From the sequence record NC_070998.1: a stretch of 64,000 bases of DNA; one strand, given 5' to 3'. Of this stretch, positions 56,606 to 64,000 are shown in pieces; the first letter of the stretch is position 1, and each line of letters begins with the position of its first letter. The notes under the pieces were generated by a model. It saw nothing but the letters and a program-made list of their open reading frames with translations, was not told the origin of the DNA and did no database searches. A program made the position numbers and the translations under genes.

Positions 56606-57163
56606 ATGCATTTTAATTTGGAAGTTATTCGTCGTTACACCCACGCTATTGAATTCGTAGAACAAGCCTTTACTATTGAGAATACCTTTAAGGAAATGAT
56701 TCCTACTTGGGAGAAACTTCTTTCCGAGGATGGAAGTTCTATTATTGTTCGTGAAACTCTAACGCGTTCTAAAGCTCAGTTGGTACAACTGTATGCTCGT
56801 GATCTAATGAAGTATGTTAACTCTATTATCGGGTTGACTCTGTTCCCTATTACTCAAGAAGATATCAAAGTAGGTAACTGGCGAGTAGATTCCATTATTC
56901 TCCAGATCGCTAGTAATGATATTAAAGATCATCGTCATCTGTTTGATTTGATGATGACTAACTTGTATGGTGTTCCTACTGTAATGTTTGAGTTTAGTAA
57001 GGAAAAGAGTTCTACTATTCTTGCCAAGTATCTAGAGGGCACTTTCCAAGGTATTAAACTTCAATATGATGAAACCAGAGAAGTTTCTTTGGTGGGTTTG
57101 GAAGACAAACTGGTTAGTTATCTGAACTCTAAAGAAGTTGAAACAGTTATCGCTTTGAACTAA
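56606..57163 (+). CDS. hypothetical protein
   Basis: 185-aa ORF, AGGAG RBS. Confidence 0.75.
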   Translation: MHFNLEVIRRYTHAIEFVEQAFTIENTFKEMIPTWEKLLSEDGSSIIVRETLTRSKAQLVQLYARDLMKYVNSIIGLTLFPITQEDIKVGNWRVDSIILQIASNDIKDHRHLFDLMMTNLYGVPTVMFEFSKEKSSTILAKYLEGTFQGIKLQYDETREVSLVGLEDKLVSYLNSKEVETVIALN

Positions 57164-57216
57164 ATGATTTTACTAACAGAAGAGGAGTCATTCCTTCTTC
57201 TGTTATTTTTATAGTT

Positions 57217-57248
57217 CTATAATTTTTCAAACCGATATAATTATGGTG
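57217..57248 (+). promoter_or_regulatory. putative early promoter
   Basis: CTATAATTTTTCAAACCGATATAATTATGGTG. Confidence 0.7.
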
Positions 57249-57313
57249 AAGCGATTACGCTGGGAGACGAAACAGTCGTTCTCTCATTTCTTATTTGTTT
57301 AAGGGTGTCTTAA

Positions 57314-58219
57314 GTGAAACTAAGTTATCAAGATTTCTTTCTAAGTTATAATCCTAATTTAATCGGTCGTTTATTTTGTAATAAAATGTCTGGTGATAAT
57401 GAACATCGGATTGTTGTTTACAAAATGGATAGATGGTATAGTCATCAATCTATAGAGTTATCAGAAGCTTTCTTAAAGGCTGTTAAAAAGCTTTCTAAAG
57501 GAAAGATGGGTGAACGTACTAGTATTCCTGTGAAATCGCTTACAATCGTTCGTGGTGAGTCTGGACGAATGTTTGTAACTAGGGGTGAAACAATCTCTAT
57601 TTGTTTAGTAGATTATGTCTCTGGGGAACTAGTTGAAGAGAATGAACTTAGGCTAAAGGAAAGTTATGACTTTTTAATTAAGGTAATAACACTTATTCTC
57701 AAATGGGGTAAAGAGAGTAAACCTGGCAGTAAACCAAAGCTTAAATTCCCAGTTCATCCATCTGCTGATAAAGTAAATACCAAAAGTTATTTTATCGACT
57801 ATCCCAATAGTGAAACCCCTAGTGTGTTTAGTTGGTTTGAACTTCCAAATGCAGGGGGATTTAATATCAACATAGAAGGTAGTCAATACAGTAGTTTTGT
57901 AACTAATAAGAATGGAGAAGTCCAGGGCCATTTGTCAGATTTAATTGAAGGACTTGAACTAATACAAAAGAACAGTCAAGTTTACCAAATGGTTAAATTG
58001 AGTAAATCTAATCCTAGTCATTATGTAACGTCATCACCTGGTGAGCATAAAGGTAAGGACGGCAAACGTATTCCAATAGTAGTAATTAACTTTGACAATA
58101 GTAAGTCTTTAAACAAAGTGTTATTTGCAGGTTATCCTGAAACACTTAAAGATTTGATTGTTAAGTTAAAAGAAGCTAATAAAGGCTTAACCAAACACTT
58201 TAATAAGGAAATAGAATAA
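57314..58219 (+). CDS. hypothetical protein
   Basis: 301-aa ORF, GTG start, AAGGG RBS. Confidence 0.7.
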   Translation: MKLSYQDFFLSYNPNLIGRLFCNKMSGDNEHRIVVYKMDRWYSHQSIELSEAFLKAVKKLSKGKMGERTSIPVKSLTIVRGESGRMFVTRGETISICLVDYVSGELVEENELRLKESYDFLIKVITLILKWGKESKPGSKPKLKFPVHPSADKVNTKSYFIDYPNSETPSVFSWFELPNAGGFNINIEGSQYSSFVTNKNGEVQGHLSDLIEGLELIQKNSQVYQMVKLSKSNPSHYVTSSPGEHKGKDGKRIPIVVINFDNSKSLNKVLFAGYPETLKDLIVKLKEANKGLTKHFNKEIE

Positions 58220-58935
58220 TGAATACCACAACAACACCAAATATCTTTGATCCAGAAATGATGCTGAAAGCCGTTAAGGACGACTCTATATCAGTACCTG
58301 GGTTTATTACCGTGAATAACAACGGAAGTTTTACAATACCAGTTTCTGAAAAGGAGCATTTTAAATTAGCGTACCTTAAATGGTGTCAAATGTTCTATAT
58401 TCAAACTAGTAAGCGCAAGACTTATATTGTTCTAGATGATGAGGCCAAGAACATTATTCTTGCTTTGTACAAAAATGATATAGAACTTTTGGAAAAAGCT
58501 GAATCAGTTAAACACGAAAATATCTTCTCTGAGCAAATGGTGGCGCAACTCTGTTTTGTTTTGTTGACTATGCGGATTGACTTAACTACCGATTTAGTTA
58601 AGTTCGGCGACTTCAATCTAATTGGTAGCGGTGATAAAGTTGAATACATAATTGAAATGAAATTGCGAGGGTTTAATTTCATCACCTTTAAGTTTACCGC
58701 TGGTCGCATAGATGTTAGTACAGATTCAGTAAGTTCTAAGCAACCTACCCCGCCCACGCTGCATATGTCCATTATTACTATACTTGATATGTGGAAAATG
58801 GTTGGGGAAGACCTAACCATTCTATCAACTACCAAGCTGGTGGATGGCGTTCTAGATCAAGTTGCACACCAGTATTTGTTACGAGCATTGCCTGTTAGAG
58901 TTAAACTTATTGTAGAGACAGAATTTATCAGTTAA
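58219..58935 (+). CDS. hypothetical protein
   Basis: 238-aa ORF, TAATG coupling. Confidence 0.7.
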   Translation: MNTTTTPNIFDPEMMLKAVKDDSISVPGFITVNNNGSFTIPVSEKEHFKLAYLKWCQMFYIQTSKRKTYIVLDDEAKNIILALYKNDIELLEKAESVKHENIFSEQMVAQLCFVLLTMRIDLTTDLVKFGDFNLIGSGDKVEYIIEMKLRGFNFITFKFTAGRIDVSTDSVSSKQPTPPTLHMSIITILDMWKMVGEDLTILSTTKLVDGVLDQVAHQYLLRALPVRVKLIVETEFIS

Positions 58936-58946
58936 AATTAGTGGTT

Positions 58947-58978
58947 CTATAATTTTTCAAACCTATATTACTATAGTG
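58947..58978 (+). promoter_or_regulatory. putative early promoter (best consensus copy)
   Basis: CTATAATTTTTCAAACCTATATTACTATAGTG containing TATATTAC. Confidence 0.75.
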
Positions 58979-59036
58979 TATAGATAAGAAAGTTATTTTA
59001 ATCTCCGCAATAAAACAATCAAAGGAAATCAAACCA

Positions 59037-59471
59037 ATGTCTAAAGCAAACGCATTCGCTAAATCCATGGAATCTTCTATCGCTGAACTGGTTAAGAATG
59101 CAACCATTCACAAAGATACTCATCACGTAGCTTTTGCTACTCCTACCCTTCCTAAAGGCATCACTGCTGAATCACTTACTCTGCATAACGATTTCGTTAA
59201 TCAGGTATCTGTAGCAGCTGAAGCAGCTCTAAGCGAAATCGCTATTGCTCAGTATCCTGACACCAAGGTCACTGAGTGGGATACAAAACTGAGTCTTGCT
59301 CCTGGAATCGACATCACCGCAGCCGCAGTGTTGAAATCTACAGTTGGTGAAGAGACTATGTACGGCATCACAGATCTGTGTGTGGACCACGTGTTCAATG
59401 AAGAACTCTCCAGCTGGTATAGTGAATTCCAAACTGTTAACCAGGATCGTGTTAAAAAGCTGTTTGATTAA
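59037..59471 (+). CDS. hypothetical protein, probably highly expressed early gene
   Basis: own consensus promoter, AAGGA RBS, own terminator, biased codons. Confidence 0.8.
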   Translation: MSKANAFAKSMESSIAELVKNATIHKDTHHVAFATPTLPKGITAESLTLHNDFVNQVSVAAEAALSEIAIAQYPDTKVTEWDTKLSLAPGIDITAAAVLKSTVGEETMYGITDLCVDHVFNEELSSWYSEFQTVNQDRVKKLFD

Positions 59472-59483
59472 TTGAACGTTATG

Positions 59484-59511
59484 GTTACTCTCGGCTTAGG
59501 TCGAGAGTAAC
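59484..59511 (+). terminator. intrinsic terminator
   Basis: GTTACTCTCGGC-TTAG-GTCGAGAGTAAC with one G-U pair. Confidence 0.6.
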
Positions 59512-59543
59512 TTCTCTACCTTACTTTTTATTTTAGGATAAGT

Positions 59544-59906
59544 ATGAAACAAGATCCAGTTCAGATGTTTGAAAATTACAGACACTTGGTTAATAAGCTA
59601 GTCTATATTAAACTTAGCAATGACTACATGGCAACTCGATTGGAAATCCTTAAAGAACTTCGAAGGTTTGCTTGTGACTTTGAGAAAGGTTCTATAGATA
59701 TAGATTCCTACAAGGATAGTTTCAAGATAAGAAAAATCCACACTCCTTATACTTATGAAATTTGTACAGCAGAGTTTTGGACAATCTCGATTAATAAAAA
59801 CTCTGTTAAGGATTTGGTGTTATTTCTTAAATCTGAAGGACTAAATATAGATGAGTACGAAAGTCTGTGCCAAAATAGTAAAGAGGGTTTGGTTGGAAGG
59901 GAATGA
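59544..59906 (+). CDS. hypothetical protein
   Basis: 120-aa ORF, AGGA RBS. Confidence 0.65.
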   Translation: MKQDPVQMFENYRHLVNKLVYIKLSNDYMATRLEILKELRRFACDFEKGSIDIDSYKDSFKIRKIHTPYTYEICTAEFWTISINKNSVKDLVLFLKSEGLNIDEYESLCQNSKEGLVGRE

Positions 59907-60450
59907 TCGCATTAGCGCGGCTGTATTTCAGCATCACCTAACTGAACAAAATTGGTTACGCGCTAACAAGGATGGGGAAACGGAAGGGTTTGTTAACTTT
60001 CACGATAGCACTAAAGTGACGTTCTTCTTCGGTGGAGGACTAATTATAATTCACAGTAATGACTTTATTCCAGTAATAGATTCTTATGAAGATTTTATTA
60101 AGAAACTTAAAGTCATCCAAAACAGCGTAGAAGACGCTATAGAGAGACTTCAGTCTAAAGACAAGGAAAGGTATTACTTTAATATCAAACGCTTTCTAAA
60201 CGGCTCTGAAGGACCTTCCTCTATATACACTTCTAGCATTGCCATTACATCCTCCACAACACATGGGAGAACATTTGAAATTGCTGACTGTCAATCTAAA
60301 AGTAGAATCTACTTAGGTGGCAAAGGACCATCACTTCGTTTTCTAAATAGGTTTAATAATTTCATTATTTTCTGTGTAGGTGAGGTTGAAAAGACCCTCG
60401 CTAAACATGGAGATGTACTAAGGGAATACAAAGATAAAATAAGATTTTAA
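59851..60450 (+). CDS. hypothetical protein (start uncertain)
   Basis: 199-aa ORF overlapping the previous by 56 nt. Confidence 0.55.
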   Translation: MSTKVCAKIVKRVWLEGNDRISAAVFQHHLTEQNWLRANKDGETEGFVNFHDSTKVTFFFGGGLIIIHSNDFIPVIDSYEDFIKKLKVIQNSVEDAIERLQSKDKERYYFNIKRFLNGSEGPSSIYTSSIAITSSTTHGRTFEIADCQSKSRIYLGGKGPSLRFLNRFNNFIIFCVGEVEKTLAKHGDVLREYKDKIRF

Positions 60451-60460
60451 GATGTAAACT

Positions 60461-60485
60461 TTTTCAAACCAATATTATTTTAGTG
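60461..60485 (+). promoter_or_regulatory. putative early promoter
   Basis: TTTTCAAACCAATATTATTTTAGTG. Confidence 0.6.
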
Positions 60486-60526
60486 TATTGAGTATGAATT
60501 GTTTAATTTCAAAAGGAAGATTTGTT

Positions 60527-61051
60527 ATGAAAAAGTATTTTGTTGCTGCTATGATCTCTATGGTAAGTTTCTTCAGTGTAGCCACTGAGGTTAAGGTAAT
60601 TGGCTGGAAAGAAAAACAGGATGATAAGCTAGTCACTTATCAAATCAGTAACACTGGTAATAAAGACGGTGTTCTCACCATCGGATGTGAAAAGAAAGGT
60701 GAACCCTTTACCGTTAAATACGTAATTAATGGTAAAGAGGTAGAAATGTTTATTATCGAGACTTTGAGTACCAGTGGAAAAGATACCTTCCCGTATGTTA
60801 GTATCTATGGTCTGAGTTCCATGACATCTGATATGGTACTGGAGCAAATTGAAAACACTGACCAAGGGTTTGTGATCAGTCGTTTTGAAAATGGTGATCG
60901 TGCTCGTTATCGTGAGTCACGGGAAACTGGTGATAAAACTATGACACCTATTCCTGTCGGTAATGAACTGTTCACTGGTTATGAATTCGTTGGTGAATTT
61001 GTAGCTGATTTGAAACAGGTATGTGGTAAAACTGAAGATCGTAAATTTTAA
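60527..61051 (+). CDS. exported protein with signal peptide and Cys pair
   Basis: MKKYFVAAMISMVSFFSVA signal; TIGC and QVC; start re-placed at ATG 60527 behind AAGGA. Confidence 0.75.
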   Translation: MKKYFVAAMISMVSFFSVATEVKVIGWKEKQDDKLVTYQISNTGNKDGVLTIGCEKKGEPFTVKYVINGKEVEMFIIETLSTSGKDTFPYVSIYGLSSMTSDMVLEQIENTDQGFVISRFENGDRARYRESRETGDKTMTPIPVGNELFTGYEFVGEFVADLKQVCGKTEDRKF

Positions 61052-61086
61052 GATCCAAGATATTTCAGTTCTACATTACCTTACTG
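61049..61086 (+). promoter_or_regulatory. putative early promoter (TAAGATCCA variant)
   Basis: TAAGATCCA-N6-TTCAGTTC-TACATTAC, same spacing as 15444 and 31161. Confidence 0.55.
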
Positions 61087-61175
61087 TATTAACCTTGCGG
61101 TAGTTTGTACCAAGCTCCTATTCTCCGTGTAGGAGAATAGGAGTAAACACTTTCATGTGATAAAAGGAAATTATT

Positions 61176-61808
61176 ATGAAAATCCAATCTATGTTGTTTG
61201 CTCTGTTTATGACTGTAGTTGGTTCCGATGTAGTGGCGATGTCTGCTGATCCTGAACCCATTAACTACAACATCCGCGCTGCTGAAGCGGTGGTCACCAA
61301 CACCTATGTGAACAATCAAGGTAATCCTGTTTTGAGTATTGAACTGAAGAAAGGCATTCAATCTCAAACTGTTTATTTTGTTTGCGCTAAAGGTAGCAGT
61401 GATTACTCGGTGTTCTATGATTTTACTGATATCAATAACCAAGCAACTGACTATTCAACTGGTTTTGCCATTCAGTACTATCCGAAAGGCCAAGGTAACA
61501 AAGCTCGGCTAGTTTATGACGATTGGGATAACAACCTGATCCTGTCTGATCGTCGTAATGCTACTTTCACCCAAGCTATGGAGCGTGCTGGTAAACTCAA
61601 AGGCGGTACTATCGTATTTGCGTTCTACTCTACTGACAACTATGAGCAAGGTACACCGACAGCCTATTCTTGGTCCATGCCAGTAGAAGACTTCGTTAAG
61701 AATGTAAACGGTGTTGTAAAAGGTGGAGAGTTTGATGGGGCATGTGATCACGCTTTGGTTAAAGGTCACTCACCTACAGTGCAGTACCAAATGCCGCGTA
61801 TGCGTTAA
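61176..61808 (+). CDS. exported protein with signal peptide and Cys pair
   Basis: MKIQSMLFALFMTVVGSDVVA signal; YFVC and GAC. Confidence 0.75.
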   Translation: MKIQSMLFALFMTVVGSDVVAMSADPEPINYNIRAAEAVVTNTYVNNQGNPVLSIELKKGIQSQTVYFVCAKGSSDYSVFYDFTDINNQATDYSTGFAIQYYPKGQGNKARLVYDDWDNNLILSDRRNATFTQAMERAGKLKGGTIVFAFYSTDNYEQGTPTAYSWSMPVEDFVKNVNGVVKGGEFDGACDHALVKGHSPTVQYQMPRMR

Positions 61809-61820
61809 TACTATAACTAG

Positions 61821-61848
61821 AGGTAACCTATAACGTTATAGGTTACCT
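61821..61848. terminator. perfect 28-bp palindrome
   Basis: AGGTAACCTATAAC|GTTATAGGTTACCT. Confidence 0.7.
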
Positions 61849-61895
61849 TGTTTAACTTTCATTACTTTTAAGTCTAGATAAAGGAATATATAAAA

Positions 61896-62594
61896 ATGAC
61901 CAATAATAAATACGCCAACCCTGTTGTTTTCATTTTTGGTGTTGCGTTTTTGTTTGCTGTTATGTGGTATATTGGGATGGGTACCACTAAAGATAAAACG
62001 AAACCCATTGGGCTCGATCAAGTCCAAATGGAAGAGTTAAGTAGTAGTTTTAAAGACGATCTGGGTGAACCTGTTACTGTCATCTCTAAAGGTAAATTGG
62101 GCGTAGAATATGGTCGTGTTCTTCCTAATATCACGGCTATTCGTTTCTATGATCGTGAAGCCGATGATGGTATTCATCATCCAATTACTTTGATGTGTAA
62201 CGCGAGAACTCAAACACTATTGGTTAAACATGATCTGGAGTATCGCGATTACGCTGATGAGTATTCTGTATCGGAGTTTTCTATTCGTCATTACGCTAAA
62301 GGGACGACTACAATATTTGAAGCAGACGAGAATCGAGCCAAACCTTTCTCTACTAACATCGGTGATCGTAATCTTAAGGAAGCCATTGAATACATCATGA
62401 CTCTTCCTGGTGATGATCTGATATCTTTGGTAGTAGAAGAACCAGTACCTGATGATGACTACGCTACATTTGGCTCCGCCTACTCCCCAATGTACACGGT
62501 AGCTGATTTTACCTATTTGGTAAAATCTCTCAATATTAATGACTGTATAGATGTAGAGATGAAACAAAAGCCAGTTTATAATAAACAGGGGTAA
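61896..62594 (+). CDS. membrane-anchored exported protein with Cys pair
   Basis: N-terminal TM anchor VVFIFGVAFLFAVMWYIGM; TLMC and NDC. Confidence 0.75.
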   Translation: MTNNKYANPVVFIFGVAFLFAVMWYIGMGTTKDKTKPIGLDQVQMEELSSSFKDDLGEPVTVISKGKLGVEYGRVLPNITAIRFYDREADDGIHHPITLMCNARTQTLLVKHDLEYRDYADEYSVSEFSIRHYAKGTTTIFEADENRAKPFSTNIGDRNLKEAIEYIMTLPGDDLISLVVEEPVPDDDYATFGSAYSPMYTVADFTYLVKSLNINDCIDVEMKQKPVYNKQG

Positions 62595-62600
62595 TTCAAA

Positions 62601-62626
62601 AGAGTAGGAGCATTTGCTCCTACTCT
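62601..62626 (+). terminator. intrinsic terminator
   Basis: AGAGTAGGAGCA-TT-TGCTCCTACTCT then ACTTTTT. Confidence 0.7.
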
Positions 62627-62652
62627 ACTTTTATACATTATTTTATTTATTC

Positions 62653-62684
62653 CTATAATTTTTCAAACCGATATAATTATTATG
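62653..62684 (+). promoter_or_regulatory. putative early promoter
   Basis: CTATAATTTTTCAAACCGATATAATTATTATG. Confidence 0.7.
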
Positions 62685-62719
62685 TAACCTAACATATTGT
62701 TTAATAAAGGAGTATAGAA

Positions 62720-63445
62720 ATGAACCACGAAATTAGCTTGCTTGAGAAAGTTAACGATTACTACCTTAAGTTCAAGTTTCTGTTTCGCAATGTACCTATT
62801 AATCAACCCCTGTTGAAATTCTGTGTTGAGAGCATTTCAAGGAACGATAAAGCTCATAACCTTGAGCATGTATTTGCTGTATGTAAGCTTGCAGTAGATA
62901 TTTGTGAACAAGAGAAGATGAGTGGTCGTGAAAAGGAACTAGTGGTCTTAGGGGCACTGTTTCACGATTTAGGTTGCTGCTATGAACGTTCCCAACACCA
63001 CGTTATAGGGTACGGGTTAACCTACGAGTATCTTAACCGATTCTGTCCTTTCGATTATACTTCTGAGGAAGTAATGATTATAGCTAACGCGGTTTTAGAA
63101 CATCGTAGTTCCAATAAGAACAAGCCGACTAACAAAGTTAGCGAAATAGTTAGCATAGCTGATTCCGGTCGTCCTAAGATCAAGTTATACATTCAAAGAT
63201 GTATTCAATTCCGTGAGCATCGCGGAGACCTTGATCGACTATCAACACTGGAGTTTTTCGAAGAAGTAAAGGGACACTTAGTAGAAAAGTTCGGTCCTGA
63301 TGGTTACCACTGGAAAAGTTATCCTGATTTAGGCTTAACCTATTTTGACAAAGAGTGGAAAGAGTTCAGTAGTTATCTCTGTAAGGAAAGAGAAGCTGAA
63401 TTTGACTTGCTTGTAAAAGAGGTCTTCGATTCACTCCGGGAGTAA
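62720..63445 (+). CDS. HD-domain metal-dependent phosphohydrolase
   Basis: AHNLEH, LFHDLG, EH, IADS motifs. Confidence 0.85.
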   Translation: MNHEISLLEKVNDYYLKFKFLFRNVPINQPLLKFCVESISRNDKAHNLEHVFAVCKLAVDICEQEKMSGREKELVVLGALFHDLGCCYERSQHHVIGYGLTYEYLNRFCPFDYTSEEVMIIANAVLEHRSSNKNKPTNKVSEIVSIADSGRPKIKLYIQRCIQFREHRGDLDRLSTLEFFEEVKGHLVEKFGPDGYHWKSYPDLGLTYFDKEWKEFSSYLCKEREAEFDLLVKEVFDSLRE

Positions 63446-63450
63446 TTGTC

Positions 63451-63915
63451 ATGTGGTACTCACTCGGCATGATGGCAATCAGTATTGTGGTAACTATCTT
63501 CACCTCATTAATGGTCAGTTACTGGGCGTGGAGATATATAACGAATCAAGAGTTCTCTGAAAAGAGAGCGTTCTCTTGGCATAGTTTCTTTAAGAACAAT
63601 ATCTACGTCTGTGTTGGAGAAGACAAGGGCGAGGAGTGGTCTTTAGAAATTCGTTACAATATGGACATCAGAAGGATTAAGAACGTACACGTACTTAGAC
63701 ATAGCTACTCGTTGTGTATTCCGTTTAACACTACATTAGCTGAGTTTAAAGAGTACGCAAGTTCATTAGATCCTAAAGATAACCCATTACATAAACTGAT
63801 AAGAGTCGTTGCTAATGAGGAGGAGTTATCCTCTTTAGAACTCAATGAGAAAGAACTGGCCGCCTTTAATGAGTTCAAAAATAACATTATCAATCAAGTG
63901 TTGATCAAAGATTGA
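63451..63915 (+). CDS. membrane-anchored hypothetical protein
   Basis: N-terminal TM helix. Confidence 0.65.
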   Translation: MWYSLGMMAISIVVTIFTSLMVSYWAWRYITNQEFSEKRAFSWHSFFKNNIYVCVGEDKGEEWSLEIRYNMDIRRIKNVHVLRHSYSLCIPFNTTLAEFKEYASSLDPKDNPLHKLIRVVANEEELSSLELNEKELAAFNEFKNNIINQVLIKD

Positions 63916-63953
63916 TGTGTGATGTTGCTTTCATGACAGAACAACATAATAAA

Positions 63954-63981
63954 CCTCTGGAACCCAATTGGGTTCCAGAGG
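63954..63981. terminator. perfect 28-bp palindrome
   Basis: CCTCTGGAACCCAA|TTGGGTTCCAGAGG. Confidence 0.7.
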
Positions 63982-64000
63982 CTATGTTTCTTATTTTTGT

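Noticed and set aside
1-64000. CRISPR array, tRNA or rRNA genes
   Set aside because: No regularly spaced direct repeats or cloverleaf-forming segments were seen; the hairpins are dispersed and differ in sequence. tRNAscan was not run
1-64000. Chimallin, PhuZ, major capsid, terminase or non-virion RNAP genes
   Set aside because: No recognisable motifs in this window; presumably elsewhere in the genome

Overview
AT-rich 64 kb segment of a phiKZ/EL-like jumbo myophage genome; no chimallin or PhuZ gene lies in this window, so nucleus formation is inferred only from family membership. 1-18 kb: mostly + strand early/accessory genes, a nucleotide-metabolism set (metallophosphoesterase, intein-containing thymidylate synthase, HAD hydrolase, GNAT, DHFR, thymidine kinase) and a ClpP-like protease + GroEL chaperonin pair. 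18-57 kb: conserved core with virion proteins, an RNase H-like protein, an inner-head protein, SF2 helicase, UvsX, three virion RNA polymerase subunits, a free-standing HNH endonuclease, a 2.3k-aa tail protein with a GH19 muramidase, a modular endolysin and the prohead protease. 57-64 kb: early genes including three exported Cys-pair proteins and an HD protein. Main highlights: three self-splicing elements sit at catalytic residues. These are an intein whose +1 residue is the ThyA catalytic Cys, and two ORF-less group I introns missed by the ORF track, one splitting the RNAP DFDG/D metal-binding motif and one following the beta DDxxR motif. Also present are a recurrent early-promoter motif (12 copies), many near-loopless perfect palindromes and a shared G-x-E maturation motif. 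Family assignments come from recognised motifs and recalled gene order, not database searches.
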